From an uncultured Clostridia bacterium (GTDB lineage: Bacteria > Bacillota > Clostridia > Christensenellales > CAG-917): a DNA stretch of 64,000 nucleotides. Every line of letters starts with the position of its first letter. Positions within the stretch are counted from its first letter, which is position 1. The translations under genes and the position numbers were made by a program. Shown piece after piece: positions 9,419 through 19,478 of the stretch. The DNA lies in assembly GCA_947625145.1 (NCBI GenBank), contig CANQNC010000001.1, forward strand, positions 6,315 through 70,314, read 5' to 3'. A model generated the notes under the pieces. It was not told where the DNA came from. It searched no databases and was given only the letters and a program-made list of their open reading frames with translations.

Positions 9419-12061
9419 TCAATGCACCTCCTTTACGGGATTTGGGTCGGCAGGCACGGGGGCTTCCTCCCCTGCCGCAGGCACCTCTTCTGTCAACACC
9501 TCAAGTTCTTCGAGGTCGAATATCGGCTCCTCTTCCTCAAACGCGGGTGGCGCGGGAGGTTCGGAAGGCGTTTCGGGCGTTTCGGGCGCCGCGGCCTCTT
9601 CCGAGGGAGTCGGGAGAGTAAGCGCTTCCGCCTGTTCCTCCGTGATGGGTTCGGGCACGGACGCAAACGCTTCCGCCTTGTCCTCGGCCGTGATCTCGGC
9701 AAGCGCCCTGTGCGTTGCGTATTCCTCTTCCTTTTCCGCAGCGAGGAAGCTGAGGAAGTAGAACAACAAGACAAGCCCCATGAATGTGACGATCATGTCG
9801 CGGCAAGCGTACAGCGGGAAGTAGACGGGCATATACGACAGATCCGTCTTGACCTGTTGCACGCTCACAAGGTCTCCAAGCCCCAAAGAGGACGGATATG
9901 TGCCCGCGCCGAGGCTGTCGCCGATCAGCACGGAACCGACCAAACCGCCGTGCACTTTTGCCTCGTAAACCGCGCGCTCGTATCTTGCGTACGCGGCCCT
10001 CAGCGCTTGAGTGCCTTCATCCTCGCCCTCGTTGCCCCACTCGTAAAACTCCCACACGGGTTTGAACACGGAGGATTGATAGGAATACCAATTTGTCAAA
10101 AGCGTCGCCAAAATGTTGTTTATGTCAAGTTCGATCTTTCCGTCGGGATTGAGGATGGGGATGCTGATCCCGCTGATCACCAAGCCTTTGAAAGTCCTGC
10201 CGTCCACGTCTATATCTTTCAAAATAAGCCCTAGGACAGTGCCCAAAATGCCGTCGCTGAGGTTGAGGTCGGCGGGGAGCAGATTGTTGATGACGTTGTT
10301 CAACAGATCGCTAAGATGATCGAGGTCGAAGGCATAATCTCCGAGCTCTTGATCGAGCACCGCGTCGTCGAAGTCGATGTCGAGCAGGATATCGTCCTCG
10401 GTCGTGCCGGGACCCGCCGCTTCGCCCTCAAGCCCGTTGTCTCTGACAAGAGCGAGATAGAGGTGATCCTTCATCTGATCGCCGTGGAAAATCGCGTTGT
10501 CCGCTTTGTAGGAGAGGATGATATACAGGTCGTTGACAACATAGCTGTTGTCCTTGCCCCTTGCCTGTTTGAGGATGTCCGCAATCGTTTGGAGAGTGGT
10601 CTTTTGCTCGGGATCCGCGGGTTCCTCCTCGCCGATCAAGGATTTCAAACTCATGCCTTTTTGCAACTGTTGGAGAGCCGGCCCTATGATCGCGCCCAAA
10701 CTGCTGCCCAACAGTTCGCCCACGCCTTGAATGAGCCCATCAATGTCTTGATAGCCCGTAAACACATAGTCGAAAAGTTTGTTGTCGCCGAGCAGTGCGC
10801 CCACTTTGGCAAGCAATCCCTCAAGCTCTCCCCTTGTAAGAGAGAAGTCCTCGGTCAATTGCACGTTTTGTTGATACAGCGCGGTGATCCACGGGTCCAC
10901 CTCGTGGTCGGGATCTTCTCCCATATAGTACGCGTCTCTTTTTTGCTCCGCCTCCTCTCTTATATAGGCAAGCAGATCTTCGGCGCCCAGCTCTTTGACG
11001 AGCCTGTCTATGTCCGCGGACGCTTCGTAATAGTCCTCGAGGATCTCGAGCACGTTGTCCAAGCTGAACACCCAGCCGTCGGCGAGCAATCCGCTCTGAT
11101 TGTAGATGCCTCTGCCGTAGACGCCCTCTTCGCGCTTGACCTTTGCGGCAGAGCCGTCCCACTCGAAGCCCGTGGGCATCATGTCTTTTGCGTACCACAC
11201 ATAGACGGTTTCGCCCTTTTGAGAGGCGCGTTGCACGTAGAAGTAATGGCTGTATACCCTGCCGTTGATGACAAGTTCGCCGTTTTTGTTGGGAGCAAGA
11301 CGGATGACTTGCGAGCTTTCGCCGTCGTCCATGCCGTTTGGCTCTATCACGTTTCCGTTGGGGTTTATGTTGAGCGCATATTTGCCCTTGTCGTCCGCAG
11401 TGAAGCTGATGTCCACTCCCGTTTCGCAGACGCCGTTTTCGTCGGGATCCGAAATGACGTTGCCGTAGGTGACGGGCTTGTTGTTTATGTTGCCGGCAAC
11501 GCCCGACTTGTCAATGCCCTGCATCTCCACGTTGTAGACCTTTTCAAGCTCCTCTATCCTTGCCATAAGCAGTTTGGACAAGTTTTTTTTCTGATAATAC
11601 GTGGAGATCGTGCGATAGTAGGACAACTGCGTGCGATAGTCTTCCACCGTCACGCCCGCGGGCGCCTCTTCGATGATCTTGTTGATCTTTGCGTCGAAAA
11701 TGGCGTCCATTCCGAGCATGCACCCAAGCATCACCACAAGCGTAAACGCCACGACGGCAAACATCCTCGCCCTGCGGCTTTTGACGGTTTTTGCAATGAT
11801 AAGATGAAAAACCGAGATCAGCAACCAAATCCCGAGGGCAAGCCATATCCCGAACAGCGCGGGAGAGGTGATCAACCGCTGATAGCCCTCGAAAAAGCCC
11901 AAGGACGCGGTGAACTCGCTTGTCCCGACAAAGGGGTCGTGCCCAATGTACTTGATTGCGGTCAGCCCCACCGCAAAAACAAACAGCGGAAGTCCAAGAA
12001 AATAAAACGCAACTTTCAGCGCGCGGTATTTCTTGACCTTTTTTAACTGCTTTTGACTCAT
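9419..12061 (-). CDS. Large membrane protein, function unknown (first gene of a two-gene operon)
   Basis: Track ORF 9419..12097. I prefer the ATG at 12061 (MSQKQLKK), which is preceded by AAGGAGAA. Three N-terminal TM helices are followed by a roughly 600-aa soluble domain, a C-terminal TM helix (IVTFMGLVLLFYFLSFLAA) and an acidic P/E/A tail. Confidence 0.75.
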   Translation of the reverse strand: MSQKQLKKVKKYRALKVAFYFLGLPLFVFAVGLTAIKYIGHDPFVGTSEFTASLGFFEGYQRLITSPALFGIWLALGIWLLISVFHLIIAKTVKSRRARMFAVVAFTLVVMLGCMLGMDAIFDAKINKIIEEAPAGVTVEDYRTQLSYYRTISTYYQKKNLSKLLMARIEELEKVYNVEMQGIDKSGVAGNINNKPVTYGNVISDPDENGVCETGVDISFTADDKGKYALNINPNGNVIEPNGMDDGESSQVIRLAPNKNGELVINGRVYSHYFYVQRASQKGETVYVWYAKDMMPTGFEWDGSAAKVKREEGVYGRGIYNQSGLLADGWVFSLDNVLEILEDYYEASADIDRLVKELGAEDLLAYIREEAEQKRDAYYMGEDPDHEVDPWITALYQQNVQLTEDFSLTRGELEGLLAKVGALLGDNKLFDYVFTGYQDIDGLIQGVGELLGSSLGAIIGPALQQLQKGMSLKSLIGEEEPADPEQKTTLQTIADILKQARGKDNSYVVNDLYIILSYKADNAIFHGDQMKDHLYLALVRDNGLEGEAAGPGTTEDDILLDIDFDDAVLDQELGDYAFDLDHLSDLLNNVINNLLPADLNLSDGILGTVLGLILKDIDVDGRTFKGLVISGISIPILNPDGKIELDINNILATLLTNWYSYQSSVFKPVWEFYEWGNEGEDEGTQALRAAYARYERAVYEAKVHGGLVGSVLIGDSLGAGTYPSSLGLGDLVSVQQVKTDLSYMPVYFPLYACRDMIVTFMGLVLLFYFLSFLAAEKEEEYATHRALAEITAEDKAEAFASVPEPITEEQAEALTLPTPSEEAAAPETPETPSEPPAPPAFEEEEPIFDLEELEVLTEEVPAAGEEAPVPADPNPVKEVH

Positions 12062-12329
12062 AATTTTCTCCTTGATTTCAGCCTTACGCGCGCACATAAG
12101 CGCGCGCCCTCGGGCTTAGATTGTTACCAATATATGATATCATACGTCAAACGATATTTCAATATCAAAATTTGCATCTTTGTCTCGATTTTGAGATTTT
12201 GGAACTTCTCGGATTAAATTTTTCTGTTTTTTGACAAATACGCGATTTAACGCAACGAATTTTTCGCGAATATGATAAAATATCTACGAAACAAAATTTT
12301 GTCGGCGTTTACCGACCGCGGAGGTTTTT

Positions 12330-13682
12330 ATGGATTACATCAAAGAGGTCATCGCAATGACGGAACAAAAAAACTCCTCTCAGCCCGAATTTTTGCAGAC
12401 TGTCCGAGAGGTGTTGGGCTCGATCGGTCCTTTTGTTGACGAAAACGAGGCAGAGCTAAGGAAGTACAGCGTCCTCGAGCGCCTCGTGGAGCCCGACCGT
12501 CAGATCATCTTCAAAGTGCCATGGATGGACGACAACGGCGTCTATTGCGTCAATCGCGGCTATCGCGTGCAATTCAACAACGCGCTCGGACCCTACAAGG
12601 GCGGCTTGCGCTTCAGAAACAACGTGAACCTTTCCGTCATCAAGTTTTTGGGCTTTGAGCAGATCTTCAAAAACTCCCTCACATCTCTTCCCTTGGGTGG
12701 CGCGAAAGGCGGAAGCGATTTCGACCCCCGCGGCAAGTCGGATATGGAGATCATGCGCTTTTGCCAATCCTTCATGACCGAGCTTTATCGCCATATAGGC
12801 GCGGATCTGGACGTCCCCGCGGGAGATATCGGCGTCGGCAGTCGTGAGCTCGGCTTCCTTTACGGGCAATACAAGCGCATCACGGGCAACTTCATAAGCG
12901 GCGTGCTTACGGGCAAGGGCTTGAGCTACGGAGGCTCACTCATTCGCCCCGAGGCGACGGGATACGGCGCCGCGTATCTGCTCTGCGACGTGCTGGATCA
13001 CCTCGGCGATTCCATAGAAGGCAAGACGTTTTGCCTTTCGGGCTACGGCAACGCGGCATGGGGCGCGGCAAAGAAGATATCCGCGCTCGGAGGCAAAGTC
13101 CTCACATTGTCGGGCGGAGAGGGATATGTCTACGACAAAGACGGCGTAAGCGGCGAAAAGGTGGACTTCATGGAACATATGCTCACCCTTCGCGCGGAGG
13201 GCAAGAGCGCACTTTCCGCATATGCCGAAAAATATCACGCGGAATTCTTCCCGGGCGAAAAGCCGTGGGGCAACGTACCCGCGGATGTCTATATGCCCTG
13301 CGCTTGCCAAAACGAAATCGACGTCGCGGAAGCGGAAAAGATGGTGGATATGGGCGTAAAATATCTGTGCGAAGTGTCCAACATGCCCACGTCAAACGAG
13401 GCGATCGCCCTCCTGCAAAGCAAAAACGTGGTCATCTTGCCCGCAAAAGCGGCAAACGCGGGCGGCGTTGCTGTCAGCGGTTTGGAAATGGCGCAAAACT
13501 CCGCTCGCCTTGTGTGGAGCGCGGACAAAGTGGACGCCAAACTCAAAGAGATCATGCACGGCATCCACGAGCAAATGCTCGAGGTCATCAACCTCTACAA
13601 ACTGCCCTACGATCTCGTCGCGGGCGCAAATATCGCGGGCTTCAAAAAGGTCGCGGACGCAATGCTCGCGCAGGGCGTATAA
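12330..13682 (+). CDS. gdhA: NAD(P)-specific glutamate dehydrogenase, copy 2
   Basis: 450 aa with the same motif set (GPYKGGLRF, LPLGGAKGGSDFDP, GDIGVG, GYGNAAWG). RBS GGAGG lies 6 nt upstream. About two-thirds identical to copy 1 by eye. Confidence 0.95.
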   Translation: MDYIKEVIAMTEQKNSSQPEFLQTVREVLGSIGPFVDENEAELRKYSVLERLVEPDRQIIFKVPWMDDNGVYCVNRGYRVQFNNALGPYKGGLRFRNNVNLSVIKFLGFEQIFKNSLTSLPLGGAKGGSDFDPRGKSDMEIMRFCQSFMTELYRHIGADLDVPAGDIGVGSRELGFLYGQYKRITGNFISGVLTGKGLSYGGSLIRPEATGYGAAYLLCDVLDHLGDSIEGKTFCLSGYGNAAWGAAKKISALGGKVLTLSGGEGYVYDKDGVSGEKVDFMEHMLTLRAEGKSALSAYAEKYHAEFFPGEKPWGNVPADVYMPCACQNEIDVAEAEKMVDMGVKYLCEVSNMPTSNEAIALLQSKNVVILPAKAANAGGVAVSGLEMAQNSARLVWSADKVDAKLKEIMHGIHEQMLEVINLYKLPYDLVAGANIAGFKKVADAMLAQGV

Positions 13683-13712
13683 GCAAAAACGCACTACGTT
13701 TTGCGGTTTTTT
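13683..13712 (+). terminator. Rho-independent terminator after gdhA copy 2
   Basis: Hairpin GCAAAAACG-cacta-CGTTTTGC (one bulge) followed by GGTTTTTT, immediately after the stop codon. Confidence 0.7.
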
Positions 13713-13865
13713 GAAAAATTCGCAGTTTTCCGCGAACAAAATTCAAGCGGTTCGGCAGTCGGCCGAGCCGCTTTTGTTTTTCCTCTTTCATTCAAGCATT
13801 ATGCTTTGTTTGGAAAAATGTTTTGTTGGACGCGGGGCAAAAAAATCAAGCTCTTTCCGCATGTT

Positions 13866-14561
13866 TTACAGCGGCTTGTTCTTTATGACGCCGTATCGCC
13901 TCGGATACATGGGCGGAGTGTCCGCTATCTTTTCAAACACGAGTATCGCCCTTTCCGAATTGTCGGGAAGCACAAACTTTTTTGTCATGATATGCCGCAT
14001 GCCGAGCGCGCGTTGCGCGTTTTTCGACGTTTGAAGCTCGCTCTCGTCTGTTTTGTATGCAAAAAACACTCCGCCTTTTTTGAGAAGAGGCGCCGCAAGC
14101 TCCAAAAGCACAGGCAGCGACGCGACCGCGCGCGCCGTGACGTTTTCAAACTTGCAAAACAAATCCCTCGCCTCTTCCGCTCTTCCCGCGATCGCGTTCA
14201 GGTTTGCAAGCCCCAACTTCTCCGCCGCTTCCTTGATGAAGTTTATCTTTTTTGCGGTCGAATCCAATGCGGTCACGGCAATATCCTCTCTTGCAATCGC
14301 AAGCGGCACGGACGGGAACCCCGCTCCCGCGCCTATGTCGCACAATTGGCCCTTTTTGAGGAGGGGCGCCGCAAGCAGGGAATCCGCAAAATGCTTTATC
14401 GCAAAATCCCGCTCGTCGGTTATTGCCGTAAGATTGAACCTTTTGTTCGCCTCGTCGACAAGCAATTGGAAATCGGACAGTTTTTGCAGCCGTCCCTCGT
14501 CAAGCGCTATCCCCTGCTCCTCCAAATATCTTGCGATAAGTTTAAGGTTGTCGTCGGTCAT
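13866..14561 (-). CDS. rsmG: 16S rRNA (guanine527-N7)-methyltransferase RsmG/GidB
   Basis: 231 aa with the SAM motif DIGAGAGFPSVPLAI and overall GidB-like layout. This is a typical origin-proximal gene. Confidence 0.9.
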   Translation of the reverse strand: MTDDNLKLIARYLEEQGIALDEGRLQKLSDFQLLVDEANKRFNLTAITDERDFAIKHFADSLLAAPLLKKGQLCDIGAGAGFPSVPLAIAREDIAVTALDSTAKKINFIKEAAEKLGLANLNAIAGRAEEARDLFCKFENVTARAVASLPVLLELAAPLLKKGGVFFAYKTDESELQTSKNAQRALGMRHIMTKKFVLPDNSERAILVFEKIADTPPMYPRRYGVIKNKPL

Positions 14562-14670
14562 ATCGCAAGTTTAACACCTTGTCAAAAAGAAAGCAATACA
14601 AACGCATTATTTTGCCGCAGGGCGTTGCATTTTTTTTGTACTGTGCTAAAATTTTAGACGGAGGCGTTTT

Positions 14671-15393
14671 ATGAGAATCGCAATTATCACGGCAATGGCA
14701 AAAGAGAGCCTTCCCATCTACGAAAAACTTGGGGTAGCCGTCGCGCAAAACAGAATCGCAGGCGTGGATGTGTGCAAGCTCCAATTCGGAGAGCACTCGG
14801 TGTTTTTGGCAACGGGCGGGGTCGGCGAGATAAAAGCCGCGCTCACCGTCCAACTTTTGAAAGATCTGTTCGACGTCGACGTCGCGCTCAACTTCGGGTT
14901 TGTCGGCGCGCTTTCGGACAAACTGTCCGTCGGGGAACTTGTGCTTGTCAACAAAGTGTGTCACTATCAATTCGACACGTCTTTGATAGACAACACGCAA
15001 AAAGGACAATATCCCGAAAAAGAGGATATCTACTTCTATTTGGACGGATCCCTTATAGACAGAGTTGTCTCCGCGCTTCGTTTGCCCATCAAGACGGTCA
15101 CGGCTGTAAGCGGAGACGTTTTTGTCGGTTCGACCGAGCAAAAACAGCATCTAAAGGAGTGTTTTGGCGGCGAGATCTGCGAGATGGAGCTTGCGGGATT
15201 GGCAATCGCTTGCGAGCGGAACAGGCTTCCCTTGTTGTCTGTGAAGGTGGTTTCGGACAGAGCGGACGGCGGCGCCGCCGAAAGTTTCGAGACTGTTGTG
15301 GAAAAAGGGTTGGGCAAATATGAAAAGATCCTTCCCGACATTCTAAACGCCGTTGCGGGCGACATATCCCCGCTCCCGCCCGTAAGGAAATAA
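14671..15393 (+). CDS. mtnN: 5'-methylthioadenosine/S-adenosylhomocysteine nucleosidase family (PNP_UDP_1)
   Basis: 240 aa with MRIAIITAM...GGVGEIKAA...EMELAGLA...VKVVSDRAD, characteristic of Pfs/MtnN. RBS GGAGG upstream. Confidence 0.75.
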   Translation: MRIAIITAMAKESLPIYEKLGVAVAQNRIAGVDVCKLQFGEHSVFLATGGVGEIKAALTVQLLKDLFDVDVALNFGFVGALSDKLSVGELVLVNKVCHYQFDTSLIDNTQKGQYPEKEDIYFYLDGSLIDRVVSALRLPIKTVTAVSGDVFVGSTEQKQHLKECFGGEICEMELAGLAIACERNRLPLLSVKVVSDRADGGAAESFETVVEKGLGKYEKILPDILNAVAGDISPLPPVRK

Positions 15394-15489
15394 CTTCGGC
15401 TTTGGGGTATCTGTATTGTTTTTGCAACCTTTGCGGATATCTATATTACCCATGCGGTTTCGGCGAGCACATATTGATTTCACAACCAC

Positions 15490-15520
15490 GCGGTTTGACT
15501 GTTTGTCAAGCCGCTTTTTA
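15490..15520 (+). terminator. Rho-independent terminator after mtnN
   Basis: Hairpin GCGGTTTGAC-tgttt-GTCAAGCCGC followed by TTTTTA. Confidence 0.75.
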
Positions 15521-15996
15521 TAACACACAACAAACACCTATGCTGTAAGCCGAACCCCTTCCCCAAAGCGTCCGAGCACAATTGTAAACAACACGCAAAA
15601 CGCGTCAATCAACACAAACAACACATGCAAAACACACAAAAAAATCATGTAGAGCACACACAAACCGATGTAGAAACTCTCGGAAAAACATATAAACACA
15701 AACACCACACAAAAGAGGAAGCAAAACATTCACAAGAGCAACCACAAACAATATCCCAAGTCATAAACACCAACATCAGAAGCAAGCGTCAATTGCGTAA
15801 GATAGTAAAAACAAACACATTTCGGAAGGGGTGATGAAAAACGCGCTCCTGTTTCGATCTTTTGGCTTGGTTTGATTGTTTGCAACAAACCGAGCCGTTG
15901 GTCAATAACAGCCGAAAAATCAAAACATTGGCAAACCGCCAAACAATACGATTTGTTTGACGTTGCGCTCCGCCGTAAAAAAGCAAAAAGAGGCGA

Positions 15997-16323
15997 TCAA
16001 CCTCTTTTCTTTTTTCTGGTTTTTGGGGTCAAAATCCGCGATATTATCGATTTGAACAGCCCTTGCAAAAACTCCTTGTCGTTGACATTTTCAACCAAAA
16101 GGTATTCGAAAGTATTTTCCGTCGGGCTAACAAACGGCGCGTCTGGCATATAGTCCATCGCCGCAAGGAAGGGTTTCACAAACAACCTGTCCCCATAGAT
16201 GCCGCCGACATGAATTCCCCTGTAGTACAATACGAAATCACCGTCGAGAGGCAGGTATGCCACGTCCTCAAGATCATCAAGCTGCTCGAAAATAAAGTGT
16301 AAAAACGACCTGCTTGACGCCAT
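15997..16323 (-). CDS. TfoX N-terminal domain protein
   Basis: Track ORF 15997..16329. I prefer the ATG at 16323, which has AAGGAG 6 nt upstream. MASSRSFLHFIFEQL...LFVKP... fits the TfoX_N pattern (MASSKEFxEyvxEQL...LyvK). Confidence 0.65.
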   Translation of the reverse strand: MASSRSFLHFIFEQLDDLEDVAYLPLDGDFVLYYRGIHVGGIYGDRLFVKPFLAAMDYMPDAPFVSPTENTFEYLLVENVNDKEFLQGLFKSIISRILTPKTRKKKRG

Positions 16324-16355
16324 AAGCAACTCCTTTAGAACCTTACTTTATTACA

Positions 16356-16383
16356 ATTATAGCAAAACCTTCCGAGTTGGCAA
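16356..16383 (-). promoter_or_regulatory. Sigma-A type promoter for the tfoX-like gene
   Basis: On the minus strand: TTGCCA (16383..16378), 16-nt spacer, TATAAT (16361..16356), about 30 nt upstream of the start codon. Confidence 0.6.
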
Positions 16384-17268
16384 GCGATTTTTTGCACCAT
16401 GTTTTTATATTTGAAATTTTTATCCTTTTTCGCCACCCATTTGAGGGTAATTTGTCTAAAAATCATCATATTTTTTGCAAAAAATATAAAAACATACTCA
16501 TTTGTATGATTATATACCCACTTTCTTCATTTCATATTATTAAAGCTCGATTTTCTCGAAAATTGTGCTTTTTCTCCCTCTCTCGCCACCTCCGCGCCTC
16601 TCTCCGATTTTTCCTACCAAACCACCCATATCACAGCGCCCTTACGGACCTTCCACAATCTCTACCCATCACACTCTTCCGAATTTTCCTCGCCCTCTCC
16701 CTGCCATATTTTATTTTACAACCCAACCTATCCCCACATACACCACATGATCACCTTACAAACATTCTTCTCTTTCTACCCTTCACAACAATCCTTTTTT
16801 CTCACAAGTTCTCCTCATTCTCCCTGCAACACTCAACACCTCCCGATCGAACAAATATCCCCACCAACGCTCGCCTCACCTTTCAACCTCTCATACTTTT
16901 TCCAATACACCATCACATTTCCCACACTTTCTTCCCTCTCATCACCACACCGACACACACTCTTGTTTTTCCTTATCCCCCTTCTCGTTTTTTCTCACTC
17001 TCCACATACACCTTGCGCAAATTTTCCTCTCCTCACCCAAATCACCTAGCATTTTTCCAACCGCACTCACCTTCTTCCACTCTTCACTCCCATGTTTTCA
17101 TTTGTAACCAATCCCCTCTCGGTTTCTCATCATCAACCCCTCACAAACATCTTTCAAATTTCTCTTATATTCTCGCCACACCCCTTTTTTCAAAAATATT
17201 TCCCTCTGTCCCCTAGCCTAGCAACTCCACGGTTCGCTTCTAAATCCACAGGCTTCGCGTTTTTGATT

Positions 17269-17277
17269 TTATCCACG
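17269..17277 (+). promoter_or_regulatory. DnaA-box-like 9-mer (TTATCCACG, 1 mismatch)
   Basis: Compared with the consensus TTATCCACA. Confidence 0.35.
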
Positions 17278-17418
17278 ATTGTTTATACCACGCCCCTAAA
17301 CCACAAAACAGCCTTGATTTTACAAATTTTCCTTTCTACATTTCTTTATCAATTTTTCTATTGTTGATTCAAATATTTCCACACACTTCTTGAAGTATAT
17401 GTAGAGCTACAAAACAAG

Positions 17419-17443
17419 CCGCAAACCTTCTTTGGGTTTGCGG
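17419..17443. terminator. Strong hairpin inside the island (possible bidirectional terminator)
   Basis: CCGCAAACC-ttctttg-GGTTTGCGG (9-bp stem). It is followed by TATTT on the + strand and CTTGTTTTG on the - strand. Confidence 0.4.
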
Positions 17444-18474
17444 TATTTCCAAATTTTGGTTTTATAATTTTTTTTTCTCACTTAAAACAAAAAAAAACAT
17501 ACCATCCATCATCCCAGCTCTAAAAAATTGTGTTTCACACAATCCCAGCTCAGTAATTTTGAAAAATACAAAATTTTCCAAATAACCAATTTACCATCTT
17601 GTTCAACCAAGACATCACAATTAAATTTTTTATTTTCAATCTATGTTCATAAAAAAAAACAATCTGTTAATGCAAATCTAAAACAACATATTTGTCTTGG
17701 TTTTTTACAAATTTTTCCAAATATCTATTTCCATATTTACCCCACTATATTACTCGCTCACTTTTGAACATTCTTTATTTTACTCTTAAAACAACAATCT
17801 TTGTTGATTGAGCTTGATTATTAAACATAAGTAGCTGTTGTGTTTTAACTTTCTATCTCTCCACTCATAAAAAATTGTAAACATACCCTCATAAAACAGC
17901 AGCGATCATATAAATCCTTTTTCAAAACCGATTATAATTACATTTTATTTCATCTCAGAACTATCTATACTAAATTTTTATTTATTCTCTTAATCAAAAT
18001 CTTTGTTGTATATCTCCCCTTAAAGCGACACTTGATTTATAAATTCTCTCAATACATCACTTTATTTGTATACACTCTATCAAACCCTGCAATCATACAA
18101 CACTTCTCAAACACTCTTCCAATCAAACATGTCTCCGACTTACGTTTGTATATCTAATATATTATTTGACCACCGGTTTACACACCACCACACCTACACA
18201 ATTTCGTTTTTAATACAAAACACAACCGTGGCGTTTAATTATCAACACACTCACCACCAAAACCAAACAACTTTAATTACAACTTAAAACAACACGGTAA
18301 CTCGCGCATTACTCTTCTTACTTTTAACTCAAACACACACTTATCAACAACAAAACAAACAGTTATTACTTCTGAATATTTTTTTTATTTTGCTTAAATC
18401 TTTATACATTTTACTCTCATCTTTTATAAAAATTCTGTTTTTTTTAGCAAAAAAATTTTTCTATAATCCAAAAT

Positions 18475-18490
18475 TGTTTCACGTAAAACA
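18475..18490. promoter_or_regulatory. parS: parS site (ParB/Spo0J binding), 1 mismatch
   Basis: TGTTTCACGTAAAACA versus the consensus TGTTNCACGTGAAACA. Confidence 0.7.
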
Positions 18491-18780
18491 TTTTATAAAA
18501 AAAACCTGTGCTTATATATAAAAATTTTTATCCGATTTTATAAAAAAATCTTTTTCTTTGTCCATTTTTTTTTTCAAACAATTATATTTTTTAGATTCAC
18601 ACAGCAAAATTAACTCAATAAAACCCACACACTTTTCATTTTTGAGTACAAATAAAAATAAATCTAATATTAATCAAAATCATCAATAAATTTTCTTTGT
18701 TGATTTTTCTTTATAAAACACCCCGCTTAAACATATATTTTATAAATTTTTATATTTCCTGTAAAACACAAATCTAAAAA

Positions 18781-18796
18781 TGTTTCATGTGAAACA
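18781..18796. promoter_or_regulatory. parS: parS site, 1 mismatch
   Basis: TGTTTCATGTGAAACA. Confidence 0.75.
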
Positions 18797-19100
18797 ATCA
18801 AAATTTCACATCATGTTTTGTGTAATATTGTTTGTTTTTTTTGGGATAAATTTTCCAATAAAAAAACAAACTCTAACCATTTACTTGTTATTTGCATATT
18901 TACATATCGTTTTTTATATTAAATTTGTTTATTTGTATAATTTTGTTGTTTTGTATTAAAAACTATTTTTTATATTGTTTCTCCCATTATCTTGCCGGAA
19001 ATATACTTAAATGCTTTTATTTGATTTTATCCGATCATTGGTTTATTTTCTTCTTCTTCTTCATTCAATTCAAAACAATGTTTGATTTAAAATAAAATTT

Positions 19101-19121
19101 TTATCCCCAATTTTATCCCCA
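19101..19121 (+). promoter_or_regulatory. Pair of direct DnaA-box-like 9-mers (TTATCCCCA x2, 1 mismatch each, 12-bp period)
   Basis: TTATCCCCA at 19101..19109 and at 19113..19121. They lie exactly where the strand-composition polarity starts to flip. Confidence 0.45.
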
Positions 19122-19352
19122 CCTTGAAATTTATTTTTTTTATTCTATATACTCAGATTAAGCTATATCAAGCTTCCAAAGCGCTTTTGATACTGTTTGC
19201 GTTTTATTATTCCTTACACATCAACATTCACTCAAAGGCCGCCAATATCAATTTATATCAAATTAAAAGGGTATATAAAACGTATTAATAACAATCTTGC
19301 ACAAAGTTGAAAAATCAAATCTTATCAAATAACCGGTTTGTTTTATTATAGA

Positions 19353-19382
19353 TTGTAATACATTTTTAAGTTATGATACAAT
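19353..19382 (+). promoter_or_regulatory. Candidate extended -10 promoter firing rightwards into the parS pair and the C-depleted arm
   Basis: TTGTAA (19353..19358), 18-nt spacer ending in TGa, then TACAAT (19377..19382). There is no ORF downstream. Confidence 0.3.
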
Positions 19383-19446
19383 TTCCAACAAACCAATAAA
19401 TACAGCAAGATCACTTAAAACACACATGTATTTGTGTAAAACTATA

Positions 19447-19462
19447 TGTTTCACGTGAAACA
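19447..19462. promoter_or_regulatory. parS: parS site, perfect palindrome
   Basis: TGTTTCACGTGAAACA, identical to the pan-bacterial parS consensus. Confidence 0.9.
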
Positions 19463-19478
19463 GTTTGATTTTAGCTTG

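Noticed and set aside
15490-15520. Possible repeat family: the hairpins at 15490 and 32532 share the stem GCGGTTTGAC/GTCAAxCCGC
   Set aside because: The similarity is confined to a 10-bp stem of two ordinary terminators, and the flanks do not align. It is probably coincidence.
16377-17216. 279-aa ORF (plus 61-, 100- and 91-aa ORFs in other frames) on the + strand of the island's left arm
   Set aside because: The strand is about 4% G, so TAG and TGA are almost impossible and only TAA can stop translation, and long open frames arise in all three frames. The products are P/S/L/F/H/T low-complexity with no RBS or family resemblance. I treat them as compositional artefacts, though blastp/HHpred should confirm.
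18892-19095. Small ORFs inside AT-rich DNA (18892..19095, 19719..19928, 19854..20045, 20429..20647, 20754..21059, 22022..22216, 17528..17767, 18066..18287)
   Set aside because: These are F/I/L/K/N-rich products of AT-rich sequence. They have no RBS, and several overlap parS sites, DnaA boxes or the dnaN terminator.
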